A program made the translations under genes and the position numbers. This document shows positions 8,678-17,372 of a DNA stretch of 64,000 bases, piece by piece. The first letter of the stretch is position 1. Every line of letters begins with the position of its first letter. The notes below the pieces were generated by a model. That model did not search any database and was not told where the DNA came from. It saw nothing but the letters and a program-made list of their open reading frames with translations. Source of the stretch: Planctomycetota bacterium (GTDB taxonomy: Bacteria > Planctomycetota > Planctomycetia > Pirellulales > PLA5); the NCBI GenBank assembly GCA_003576845.1, contig QEVJ01000010.1, positions 706-64,705 of the forward strand. Reading direction: 5' to 3'.

Positions 8678-10966
8678 ATGTTTCGCCGCCTCTTTCGCGT
8701 CATCGTGGCCACCGTCGCCTGTCTTGCCGCATTACAAGCCGTCGTTCGGGCGGACGACTTGACCGTCGTGTCCGACGTGCCCGAGCAGCCGTTCGAGGCC
8801 CAGGTGAAGCGGGTCGTCGCCGCCCTCGAATTCGTCGGCTCGCCGCTCACGAAAAACAAAGCGGCGGCCGTCGACAAAGCGATCGAAGACAAAGATTCCC
8901 CCGTCGCGCTCCAGAAGCTGCTCGACTCGCTGTGCCTGGCCGAAGTGAACATCAATCCCGAGTCGCGGGTGAAAGTCGCACTTGGCCCGGCGGCGCAGAA
9001 GCTCGTTCAGAACGGATGGACCGTGTTCCTCGTCAAGGTTCACAACGAAGCGGGCGTCACGGCGAAACTCAATTGCACCAGCCCGAACGCCGCTCCGCTC
9101 TACAAACAATCGACCGGCAATCCTGACCCCAAGCCTTCCGTCAAAGAGAGCGACGTGCCGCACCGCTGGCTCGACGTGAGCATGCTCGACAAGCAACCGC
9201 TTAACGCGCGGCTCTCGGGTTTGTTGGTCGAATACCGCGTCATCGAGCTTTACGCCCGCACGCCCGGCAAGCACGAGGCGAAGCTCGCCTTCGACGTGGG
9301 CCAGGGCACGCAAGACCTCGGCTTCCGCAACGAAGCGAACATCTTGTTCGACGTGGCCAAGGCGGTCGACGTGCAACTGGAAATCATCGACGACGACGGC
9401 GAAACGACCACGGGGCAGTTCGTGTTTCGCGATCCGCGCGGCCGCGTGTATCCGTCCCGGAGCCGCCGCCTCGCGCCCGACTTTTTCTTTCATGACCAGA
9501 TCTATCGCCACCACGGGGAAAGCGTCTCGCTCCCGCCGGGGCAATATGAAGTCGAGTTTACCCGCGGCCCGGAATATGTGGTGCAGAAGCGCACGCTCGC
9601 GGTCGGCGAAACGTCGCCACAGAAGGAATCGTTCCGCCTCATGCGGTGGATCAAGCTCCGCGATCTCGGCTGGTATTCCGGCGATCACCACGTTCACGCC
9701 GCCGGCTGCGCCCATTACGAGGCCCCCGCCCAAGGCGTTCAGCCCGAAGACATGATGCGGCACATTTTGGGCGAGGACCTCAACGTCGGCTGCGTGCTGT
9801 CGTGGGGACCGTGCTGGTATCACCAGAAGCAGTTTTTCGAGGGCGCGGTGAGCAAGCTCTCGACGCCGCGGTATGTGATGCGCTACGACGTGGAAGTCTC
9901 CGGTTTTCCGAGTTCTCACGCCGGACATTTGTGCCTGTTGCGTTTAACCGAAGACGACTATCCCGGCACGACGCGCCACGACGAGTGGCCGAGTTGGGAC
10001 CAGCCCGTGCTCGCCTGGGGCAAGAGCCAGGGGGGCGTGGTCGGGTTTTCGCATAGCGGCTGGGGCCTGCAAGTTCCCGGGGATCACCTGCCCAATTACA
10101 ACATGCCTAAGTTCGACGGCATCGGGGCGAACGAGTACATCGTCAACGTGACGCACGACGTGTGCGACTTCATCTCGGCGGTCGACACGCCCATCGTCTG
10201 GGAGCTCAATATCTGGTATCACACCCTCAATTGCGGCTACACGTGCCGGATCAGCGGCGAGACCGACTTCCCGTGCATCTATGGCGACCGCGTGGGGCTC
10301 GGGCGGGCTTACGTGAAGCTCGACAAGGAAGGCGCGCTCGATTTCGACGCGTGGGTCATGGGCATCAAGAACGGCCGAAGCTATTGTTGCGACGGCCTCG
10401 CGCACCTGCCGGACTTCAAGGTCAACGGACTGGGTGTCGGCGAACAGGGCGCGGGCGGCAGGGCGAGCGTCGTGGCGGCGAAGAGCGGTGAAAAACTGAA
10501 GATCACGGCCCGCGCGGCCGGATTGCTCGCAGAGAAGCCGCGCGACGACATTCGCAAGCGGCCGCTCGATCAAAAACCCTATTGGCACATCGAGCGCGCT
10601 CGTGTCGGCGACACGAAGCGCGTGCCGGTCGAACTGATCGTCAACGGCCAGAGCGTGGCGAAGAAAGAAATTGACGCCGACGGCGGGTTGCACGACGTCG
10701 CGTTCGACTATACGCCGGAGCAATCGAGTTGGATCGCGCTCCGCATCTTTCCGGCGGCGCACACCAACCCGGTGTTCGTCGAACTCGACGGCAAGCCGAT
10801 CCGCGCGAGCAAGAAGAGCGCCGAGTGGTGCGCCCACGCGGTCGACGTCTGCTGGAACAGCAAGAAGAACGCGATCCGCGAAAGCGAACGCGAAGCAGCC
10901 AAAACGGCCTACGATGCGGCCAAGAAGGCTTACGAGAAGATTCGCGCCGAGTCGACAGCGGACTGA
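8678..10966 (+). CDS. Secreted protein with PHP/CehA-McbA-like metallohydrolase region (function tentative)
   Basis: ATG 8678 is preceded by AGGAG at 8666-8670. N-terminus MFRRLFRVIVATVACLAALQAVVRA looks like a signal peptide. 'YSGDHHVHAAGCAHYE' is an HxH metal-site-like motif. 762 aa. Confidence 0.7.
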   Translation: MFRRLFRVIVATVACLAALQAVVRADDLTVVSDVPEQPFEAQVKRVVAALEFVGSPLTKNKAAAVDKAIEDKDSPVALQKLLDSLCLAEVNINPESRVKVALGPAAQKLVQNGWTVFLVKVHNEAGVTAKLNCTSPNAAPLYKQSTGNPDPKPSVKESDVPHRWLDVSMLDKQPLNARLSGLLVEYRVIELYARTPGKHEAKLAFDVGQGTQDLGFRNEANILFDVAKAVDVQLEIIDDDGETTTGQFVFRDPRGRVYPSRSRRLAPDFFFHDQIYRHHGESVSLPPGQYEVEFTRGPEYVVQKRTLAVGETSPQKESFRLMRWIKLRDLGWYSGDHHVHAAGCAHYEAPAQGVQPEDMMRHILGEDLNVGCVLSWGPCWYHQKQFFEGAVSKLSTPRYVMRYDVEVSGFPSSHAGHLCLLRLTEDDYPGTTRHDEWPSWDQPVLAWGKSQGGVVGFSHSGWGLQVPGDHLPNYNMPKFDGIGANEYIVNVTHDVCDFISAVDTPIVWELNIWYHTLNCGYTCRISGETDFPCIYGDRVGLGRAYVKLDKEGALDFDAWVMGIKNGRSYCCDGLAHLPDFKVNGLGVGEQGAGGRASVVAAKSGEKLKITARAAGLLAEKPRDDIRKRPLDQKPYWHIERARVGDTKRVPVELIVNGQSVAKKEIDADGGLHDVAFDYTPEQSSWIALRIFPAAHTNPVFVELDGKPIRASKKSAEWCAHAVDVCWNSKKNAIRESEREAAKTAYDAAKKAYEKIRAESTAD

Positions 10967-10978
10967 ACAAACCATGCT

Positions 10979-11058
10979 GAAACACGGAGGCACGGAGAAC
11001 ACGGAGAATACGAACGAAAGTCGCCTGATTCTCCGTGCCCTCCGTGCCTCCGTGTTTC
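10979..11058. repeat. Paired-hairpin REP-like element (CACGGAG-type short repeats), between convergent genes
   Basis: Arm 10979-11009 is gaaacacggaggcacggagaacacggagaat. Arm 11028-11058 is attctccgtgccctccgtgcctccgtgtttc. The arms are reverse complements at 29 of 31 positions. Confidence 0.85.
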
Positions 11059-11070
11059 ATCAAACTGTCT

Positions 11071-13005
11071 TTAGACCGGAGCGTTCGGCGGGGTCGTCTC
11101 GTTCGGATCGACGATTAGGACGTTATCGCCGAACTCCTCGTCGTCTTCGTCGATCGCCCGGCCGCGATCGTCGAGTTTGGTGTCGGCTTCGGCCGTTTTC
11201 TTCTTTGCCAGGAGCATCAACTGGTCGTAGATCGCCTTGCGGTCCTGGTGGTTGATGTCGCTCACGGCGTTGGCGACTTCGCCGATATAGCGAAGAAAGA
11301 TATTGCGGCGTTCGCCTTCTTGGCGGACTTTGAGCCGGCGGCGCAGGTACATCCCGAGCTTGCGGCCGACGGCTTGCAGGCCGAGCCGAAGCTCCTTCTG
11401 AATCTCGGGATAGCTCGCGACTGCTTCCTTCGATTCGCTCGTGAACGGCACCCACACGCTGGCCATGTGGACCATGACGGAAATCGGCCCGCTGGGAAGA
11501 CCGCCGCGCGACTGGCTTAGACCGTAGCTCCGCCAATTGGTCTGAATGATCGTCTGGGTGATCGCGCAGGCGGCTTGTTGAAATTGCAGCGGCACGCGGT
11601 TGGCATACCGCATGACGTTCATTGTTTGGCCTTCGGTCAAGTTGACGTTGTGCAGGGCTGCGTGGAGCGCGTCGATCTCGGCTGCCTTGAGCTTGCCGGG
11701 CGAAACCCGCGTGCCGACTTTGGCCTCTTCGAGAATCTTGTCGGCCGATTCCGCGCCCAAGCCGCTGAACGTATTGATGAGGAACTGCCGCAGCGTGCGT
11801 TCGTCGCTTTGGGCAAGCAGCTCTTGCAGCGTGTCGCGGGGGACTCGCTGCGACGTGGGCGCGCCGCCGTACGCCAGCCCGACCTCGATCTGAAACGGAT
11901 TGCCGCGGTACACGGCCGGCGGGCGCGTCGCCGCGGCGTAGAATTCGCCGGGCACCACTTGCCGCAGGCCCTTGAGAATCAACTGTTCGCCGATCGGCGC
12001 GAGGCAATCGGTGAGCGGGCTGGGAATTCTCGTTTCCTGGATGGCGCGGAAGAGCGTTTCGGCTTCGTGCCTGCCGGCCTTTTTGGGATTCATGCGCGTG
12101 CTGACTTTGGCCGTTTCGCAAATCCGCCTGGCGATGGCGGGACTGATGCGGCTGAACGACGTGGCGAGAAACTGCGACACGGTCGGCGCGGGCGTTTGCT
12201 TGAGCATTTCGGCCAGCCGGCCCAGCTCGACGCCATAGGGATGCGGCTTGATCTCTTTCGGCTCCGGCGGCAGTTCCGTCGTCGCCCGTTCGTAGGTCCG
12301 CGTCTTGCCTTCGGGATCGAGATAGTGGAGCGTGACGTGCGGATTGGCGATGGCGGTGAGTTCGAGGTACTCGTCGACGCTGCCGCGGCCGCGCTGATAC
12401 TTGGCTTCGAGTTCGATCGTCACCCGCGTGCCGTGGTCGACGGAGTGGCCCTGCGGGTTCGTGTCGACCCACTCGATGCCGGCCTTCTTCATCTCGTCGA
12501 CGCCCTTCGCGCCCGGCGAAAGGTCGACGCCTTCTCCCTTGCCGTTGAGGATCTCGGGCTTGTTGTTCTTGGTGTCGATCTGGATCTCGTAGTAGTGCGC
12601 CGGCTTGCGCTGGCTTACTTTCGAGATGATCTTTACCGGCTTGCCCGTTGTGAGCACGCCATACATCCCGGCGGCGCTAATGCCGATGCCCTGCTGTCCG
12701 CGACTCATGCGAAGGCGATGAAACTTCGAGCCGTAGAGCAGCTTGCCGAAGATCAGCGGGATTTGTTTCTTGAGAATGCCGGGGCCGTTGTCCTGGATGC
12801 CGACCTTGTAGCGGTTCGGGCCGGTCGATTCGATGTGGACCCAAATCTCGGGGAGGATGCCGGCCTCTTCGCAGGCGTCGAGCGAGTTGTCGACCGCTTC
12901 CTTGACCGTGGTGAGGAGCGCCTTGCGGGGATTGTCGAAGCCGAGCAGGTGGCGGTTCTTGGCGAAGAACTCGCTGACGGAGATTTCCTTTTGACTGGCC
13001 GCCAT
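11071..13005 (-). CDS. top6B: DNA topoisomerase VI subunit B (GHKL ATPase)
   Basis: Bergerat-fold motifs 'EAVDNSLDA', 'DNGPGI', 'GQQGIGISA'. '[10 protein letters not shown]' and a C-terminal transducer-like region. ATG 13005-13003 gives '[23 protein letters not shown]', which matches the N-termini of archaeal Top6B as I recall them. The frame stays open up to a TTG at 13137. Confidence 0.85.
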   Translation of the reverse strand: MAASQKEISVSEFFAKNRHLLGFDNPRKALLTTVKEAVDNSLDACEEAGILPEIWVHIESTGPNRYKVGIQDNGPGILKKQIPLIFGKLLYGSKFHRLRMSRGQQGIGISAAGMYGVLTTGKPVKIISKVSQRKPAHYYEIQIDTKNNKPEILNGKGEGVDLSPGAKGVDEMKKAGIEWVDTNPQGHSVDHGTRVTIELEAKYQRGRGSVDEYLELTAIANPHVTLHYLDPEGKTRTYERATTELPPEPKEIKPHPYGVELGRLAEMLKQTPAPTVSQFLATSFSRISPAIARRICETAKVSTRMNPKKAGRHEAETLFRAIQETRIPSPLTDCLAPIGEQLILKGLRQVVPGEFYAAATRPPAVYRGNPFQIEVGLAYGGAPTSQRVPRDTLQELLAQSDERTLRQFLINTFSGLGAESADKILEEAKVGTRVSPGKLKAAEIDALHAALHNVNLTEGQTMNVMRYANRVPLQFQQAACAITQTIIQTNWRSYGLSQSRGGLPSGPISVMVHMASVWVPFTSESKEAVASYPEIQKELRLGLQAVGRKLGMYLRRRLKVRQEGERRNIFLRYIGEVANAVSDINHQDRKAIYDQLMLLAKKKTAEADTKLDDRGRAIDEDDEEFGDNVLIVDPNETTPPNAPV

Positions 13006-13174
13006 CGACTCGGCCGTCGCGCGGCGGCGCTTGTGCGCGGTCGGTTCGGCGGCGTGGCCATTCAATTTGCCGTTGCCCGAGGCTTCGTGTTCGGCATCGT
13101 CCGTGTCGGCGGTTTGGGAAACTCTGACGGTGGACAAAACTGAGGCTCCTGCGATGTCCGTGCTGCAAAATAGA

Positions 13175-13284
13175 GAATGGTGAAGGGAAAATGGTGAATC
13201 GTGAATGGTGAACGGATTACGGCATGGCTGGGCCGCTGATGGAATCCTCGTTCACGATTCGCAACTCACCATTTTCCATTCACA
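13175..13284. repeat. AT-rich imperfect palindrome built from AATGGTGAA / TTCACCA units
   Basis: Direct copies gaatggtgaa (13175-13184), aaatggtgaa (13189-13198) and tggtgaa (13206-13212). Inverted copies ttcacga (13251-13257), ctcacca (13265-13271) and ttcaca (13279-13284). Confidence 0.7.
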
Positions 13285-13675
13285 ATTCCCAAGTCGCCGC
13301 CTGCGTCGAAATGCGATACACAGGCACACCGTGGCGGCGGTCGTGCCGGTCGGCGCGATTATAGCGGTTGTGTCGGTTATGCCCAGGCGAGGTCGCCGTA
13401 ATTGCCGTCAGAATAGGCGTTTATGGCACGTTCGTCACACAAAGATTCACCCGCGAAAGCGGAATTGCCGAACCTAAATTCTGGAGGCACGACGAAGCGA
13501 CGCGGCACGGTAGGACGGACTTGAAGTCTGCCCTGCGAGGCTTGCTGCCGAGTCCTCCTTCCCGCCTTTTTTCCCGCCCGACAACCCACGCCGCGGCCGA
13601 TCAGCAGCGATTCGGCAGCGGGCGTGCGGCCCGATTCGTCCCCACCCCGTTCGTAGCAAGCAAGGAGGAAATGCG

Positions 13676-14041
13676 ATGAACTGTCTGAATCTGCGCGCCG
13701 CGATGGCGGCGACCGTGATATTGCTCGGCGGCGCGAGCGCCGGCCTGGCGAACGACTACAGCTTCTACTGGCAAGAACCGTGGCGGCAAACGGCGCCGCC
13801 GGTCTTCCAGAACTATTACGTGCCGCCGCCGACCTGTGGACCGGGCGGTTCGATCACCGGCGCGGGTCTGCCGGCTCAGCTTTACGTCAGCCCGTTGCCC
13901 GTCCCGGCTTACGTCGGCCATACCTACGTGACGAACCAGGCGTTCATGCCGCACGAGTATTTGTACAAGCACCACCGCACGTACTACCGCTGGCACGACC
14001 GCGGCGGCAACTACACGAAAACCCGCGTCTGGTATTGGTAG
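13676..14041 (+). CDS. Small secreted Tyr/Pro/His/Trp-rich protein
   Basis: ATG 13676 lies 7 nt after AAGGAGG (13662-13668). N-terminus MNCLNLRAAMAATVILLGGASAGLA looks like a signal peptide. 121 aa, ends ...RVWYW. Confidence 0.6.
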   Translation: MNCLNLRAAMAATVILLGGASAGLANDYSFYWQEPWRQTAPPVFQNYYVPPPTCGPGGSITGAGLPAQLYVSPLPVPAYVGHTYVTNQAFMPHEYLYKHHRTYYRWHDRGGNYTKTRVWYW

Positions 14042-14171
14042 TCGCGGACGTTCGCGCTCGAATTGGAAGATCAGATGCGTGGACGTCAAACGTGCATAGT
14101 GGGACCGGTGGGCACAGCCCACCCTACGTCGCCAGCCCCTAGCCCCCAACCTCCAGCCCCTATTCCCTCCC

Positions 14172-14540
14172 ATGCGTTCCCTCCCCCTCCGCGCTACGTG
14201 TTTCGTGGCGGTTGCGGCCGCGGCAGTGCTTAGCGCCGCGCCGGCGCACGCCACCGTGCCCGACACGATTGCGCACAAGTACGCGATGCGTTTCCCGTGG
14301 CACGGACCGTACTATCATCCCGTCTATCGCCAGCCGATTGCCCTGGTCGTTCCGCCGACGGCGGGCAACACGAGCGAGTATGGCTGGGGTGTCGGTTCGT
14401 ACCGCATCACGCCGGTTTATCATCAGTTCGGCCGCCACTTTCCGGGCTATCCCGGCTACGGCGGCGCTTATTTGCACCCGCCCCAATGGCCGGCGGATAC
14501 GACGCATTTCGGCGTCCACTACATCCGCGGACCCTGGTAA
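14172..14540 (+). CDS. Small secreted Tyr/Pro/His/Trp-rich protein
   Basis: ATG 14172. N-terminus MRSLPLRATCFVAVAAAAVLSAAPAHA looks like a signal peptide. 122 aa, aromatic/Pro/Gly-rich mature part ending ...YIRGPW. Confidence 0.55.
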   Translation: MRSLPLRATCFVAVAAAAVLSAAPAHATVPDTIAHKYAMRFPWHGPYYHPVYRQPIALVVPPTAGNTSEYGWGVGSYRITPVYHQFGRHFPGYPGYGGAYLHPPQWPADTTHFGVHYIRGPW

Positions 14541-14764
14541 CGCGACACTCTCCGCCGCGCCAACAGGGAGGCCCTTGGAATGTTCCCGCCGTCTGAGAGA
14601 GGATGACTCCTTCTCCTCCTTGCTGCACGACCGCCCGGCGATTCCCCATCGTCGGGCGGTCGTTTTTGTTGGCAGGCTGGAGGCGGGAGGCTGGAGCGCA
14701 GTGGTTCCACGCGGGGAAGTGTGAACTAGCTTCCGGCTTTTTTCGTCGTAGGTATAATTACAGC

Positions 14765-15043
14765 ATGGAAATCCACCTCACCGACGAAATCCGACACGCC
14801 CTCGCTCAGAACCCTGGCGAGCCGGTGTACATTCGCGATGACGAATCGCAGAAGCACTACGTGCTGTTAGAGGCCACTCCGCCTCCGAAGGTTCTCCCCG
14901 ACTGGATTCGCGCGGCGATTGACGAAGGCGCCCAGGCGATTGAAGAGGGCCGCGTGTCCGAATGGAACCCGGAGGAAGTCATACGGCGTGGCCGCGAGCG
15001 ACTAGCCAAACGCATGCGGGATCAATGCAATGGCGCGAGTTGA
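14765..15043 (+). CDS. Type II antitoxin (ParD/RelB-like partner of the downstream ParE toxin)
   Basis: Internal ATG 14765 gives a 92-aa acidic protein (MEIHLTDEIRHALAQNPGEP...). It overlaps the downstream toxin gene by 14 nt. Confidence 0.65.
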   Translation: MEIHLTDEIRHALAQNPGEPVYIRDDESQKHYVLLEATPPPKVLPDWIRAAIDEGAQAIEEGRVSEWNPEEVIRRGRERLAKRMRDQCNGAS

Positions 15044-15338
15044 GGTATCCGATCCCGCAATCGCCGACATTGAGGACATCTGGAGCTACGTTGCCGTGCA
15101 TAACGAGCGAGCCGCCGATCGACTCGTCAGACGATTCAGTACCGTATTTGAGCGACTCGCTCGGATGCCGAGCCTGGGCGAGATGTATGCCGAGTCTCTT
15201 CCCGGAACGCGCACTCTGACGTCTGGCGCCTATGTAATCATTTATGTCGTGCGGGACGATCGCATCCAGATTTCGCGCGTCGTTCATTCGGCCCGCGACT
15301 GGCAATCGCTGCTCGATGCGCTTGACGACACCGAGTAA
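15030..15338 (+). CDS. parE: ParE/RelE-family type II toxin
   Basis: 102 aa. 'AIADIEDIWSYVAVHNERAADRLVRRF' and 'YVIIYVVRDDRIQISRVVHSARD' are the typical ParE plasmid-stabilisation toxin pattern. Confidence 0.75.
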   Translation: MARVEVSDPAIADIEDIWSYVAVHNERAADRLVRRFSTVFERLARMPSLGEMYAESLPGTRTLTSGAYVIIYVVRDDRIQISRVVHSARDWQSLLDALDDTE

Positions 15339-15352
15339 CTGCGCCTTGCTGG

Positions 15353-17011
15353 CTACAGCCACTGTTGCAAGTCGATCTCCAACGCCTCGCGTTCTCGGCG
15401 GGCGATCTCGCGGATGTCTTCGCGGACGGCGAAGAACGCTTCGATGACCTTGGCGTCCCACTGCTTGCCCGCGCCTGCTCGGAGAATGGCGTCGACTTTT
15501 TCGTCGGGCATTCCGGGGCGATAGGGCCGGTCGCTGCCCATGGCGTCGAAAGCGTCCGCGACGGCGACGATCCGAGCGAGCAGCGGCGTGTCTTCGCCGA
15601 CGAGTCCGTGCGGATAGCCCTTGCCGTCCCAGTTCTCGTGGTGATGCAAGACCACGGGTAGAACTTCGTCGAGCTCGTTGAGGTCTACCAGGATCTTGTA
15701 GCCCAACTCCGGATGGGTCTTGATGTGCTCGAACTCGGCCGGCGTGAGCGGACCCGGCTTGCGGAGCACATCGTCGTTGATGCCGATTTTGCCGATGTCG
15801 TGCAGCAAACCCGATAGATAGATCGTGTTGAGCGTCCGCGGGTCGAGGCCGAGGTGTTTGGCGATCCGTTCCGCCACTCGAGCGACGCGGTCGCTGTGAC
15901 CGCAGGTATACGGGTCCTTGGCGTCGATCGCGGACGTGAGGGCGCGGACAATGCCGGTGAGCAGCTCCGCCCGACGGCGATAAAGGTCGCTGTTGCCGCA
16001 GTGGATGCCGAGAATGCTGGCCACGCTCGCGAGCAGGTTGGCTTCGACCGTGCCGAGCTCTTTGCCCGAACTGTGGTTCACGGCCACGAGATAGCCGAAG
16101 CAGCGCGAGCCTTCGCACAGCGACACGACGATCAACTGCTGGACCGCGGGGAAGCGCCACGTTTCGCGGAGGGTCACGAGCTGGTTGAGGACGATTGGGC
16201 GGCGGGCTTCGCGCGCGCCGACCGTATTGAGCAGGTCGTTGAGCTGCGGCAAGGAAAGCGGCCATTCGCCTTCGGTCAAGAGCAGCGGTTCGCGGCGTGC
16301 TTCGCGGTTCGTAGGCGACAGATTCGGCGGCGGAAGCAACAGCGCCGCGATGCCCTGGATCGGCAGCGTGGCGCTCAGCCAGTCGAGCGCGATCCGGTTG
16401 AGCTTCTCGTCGTTGATGGCCAGCGACAGGTTCTGGGTCAGCCGGTAAAGCAGGCTGATCTCTTCGTAGGTCGACGAGATGTTCTGCGACAGTGCGGCGA
16501 CTTCGCTGCGGAGCCGGTTCGTGCGCTGATCGGCGGCGAGTCTGTCGGTTGCCAACCGCGCCATCCGCATCAACGCCTCGGGCGGCCAGACGGGTTGCTT
16601 GCCGAGCCAGATGCGGGCCGAAGTCTCGTCCATGTCCAGGAGCCGCGCAGCCGACGGGGCCTCTTCGTCGAGTCGCGCGTTCGACGTGACGAACGTCGCA
16701 AGCCCCACGAGCGCCGAACCGTCCGGCTCGATTTGGGGAATGGCGACGGTCAGCAGCGAACCCTCTTCCTCGATGGCTGCGGCTTCGCGGCGCTGTGCGA
16801 CTTGCTTTGCCAATTCCGCCCGAAGCTCGACATTTCCGCGCGGCATCGCCGGCGGGGCATAGGCGAGCGTCGCGCCGTCGCCGTCGTACACGCTAAACGA
16901 AATCCCGAACGACGCTTCCAGCGCGTCGGCCAATCGGCTGGCACGCTGCGGCAGCGACGAAATGCGATTCGATTCGGAAAGCGAAGCGAGCGACTCGTGA
17001 TAGACGGGCAT
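15353..17011 (-). CDS. GAF-domain HD-GYP phosphohydrolase (c-di-GMP phosphodiesterase family)
   Basis: 'GHSDRVARVAERIA', 'LLHDIGKIGI', 'HHHENWDGKGYPHGL' (HD-GYP signature). ATG at 17011-17009. Confidence 0.85.
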   Translation of the reverse strand: MPVYHESLASLSESNRISSLPQRASRLADALEASFGISFSVYDGDGATLAYAPPAMPRGNVELRAELAKQVAQRREAAAIEEEGSLLTVAIPQIEPDGSALVGLATFVTSNARLDEEAPSAARLLDMDETSARIWLGKQPVWPPEALMRMARLATDRLAADQRTNRLRSEVAALSQNISSTYEEISLLYRLTQNLSLAINDEKLNRIALDWLSATLPIQGIAALLLPPPNLSPTNREARREPLLLTEGEWPLSLPQLNDLLNTVGAREARRPIVLNQLVTLRETWRFPAVQQLIVVSLCEGSRCFGYLVAVNHSSGKELGTVEANLLASVASILGIHCGNSDLYRRRAELLTGIVRALTSAIDAKDPYTCGHSDRVARVAERIAKHLGLDPRTLNTIYLSGLLHDIGKIGINDDVLRKPGPLTPAEFEHIKTHPELGYKILVDLNELDEVLPVVLHHHENWDGKGYPHGLVGEDTPLLARIVAVADAFDAMGSDRPYRPGMPDEKVDAILRAGAGKQWDAKVIEAFFAVREDIREIARREREALEIDLQQWL

Positions 17012-17372
17012 GGCAGGCAGGCCGACTTGGGTGTCGTTGGTAAGTCGTTGCGATTCTTTGCGCGAAGGGCGCGACGCTGCGACGCGCCCCGCGGAACGAT
17101 CTCTAAAACCCTACTACACGGCGGCTTACGGGCGTGTGCGGACCGCCGCGAAGGCGGCGTTTGCGTGCCAAGCGGCCCTTGGCACTGGCGCGACCGGACC
17201 GAACGGCAAGATCGCACCCCCCGGCGGAGCGAATCACTTGCCGTCTTGCGCGCAGCGACCACGCTGAACGGGGGTGGCGAGGGCGGTCGCGGGGCGTTAG
17301 TGTGGCTAATTCGCCGCGTTCGTCAAACTTTCCGCCCGCCGCACGTCCGTCCCGTCGAAACAAGGCCGTTTC

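Noticed and set aside
13006-13137. 44-codon N-terminal extension of top6B from a TTG at 13137
   Set aside because: The ATG at 13005 yields an N-terminus that matches archaeal Top6B starts (MxxxxKxxSxSxxEFF). The extension has no counterpart and needs a TTG start. It is kept only as an alternative.
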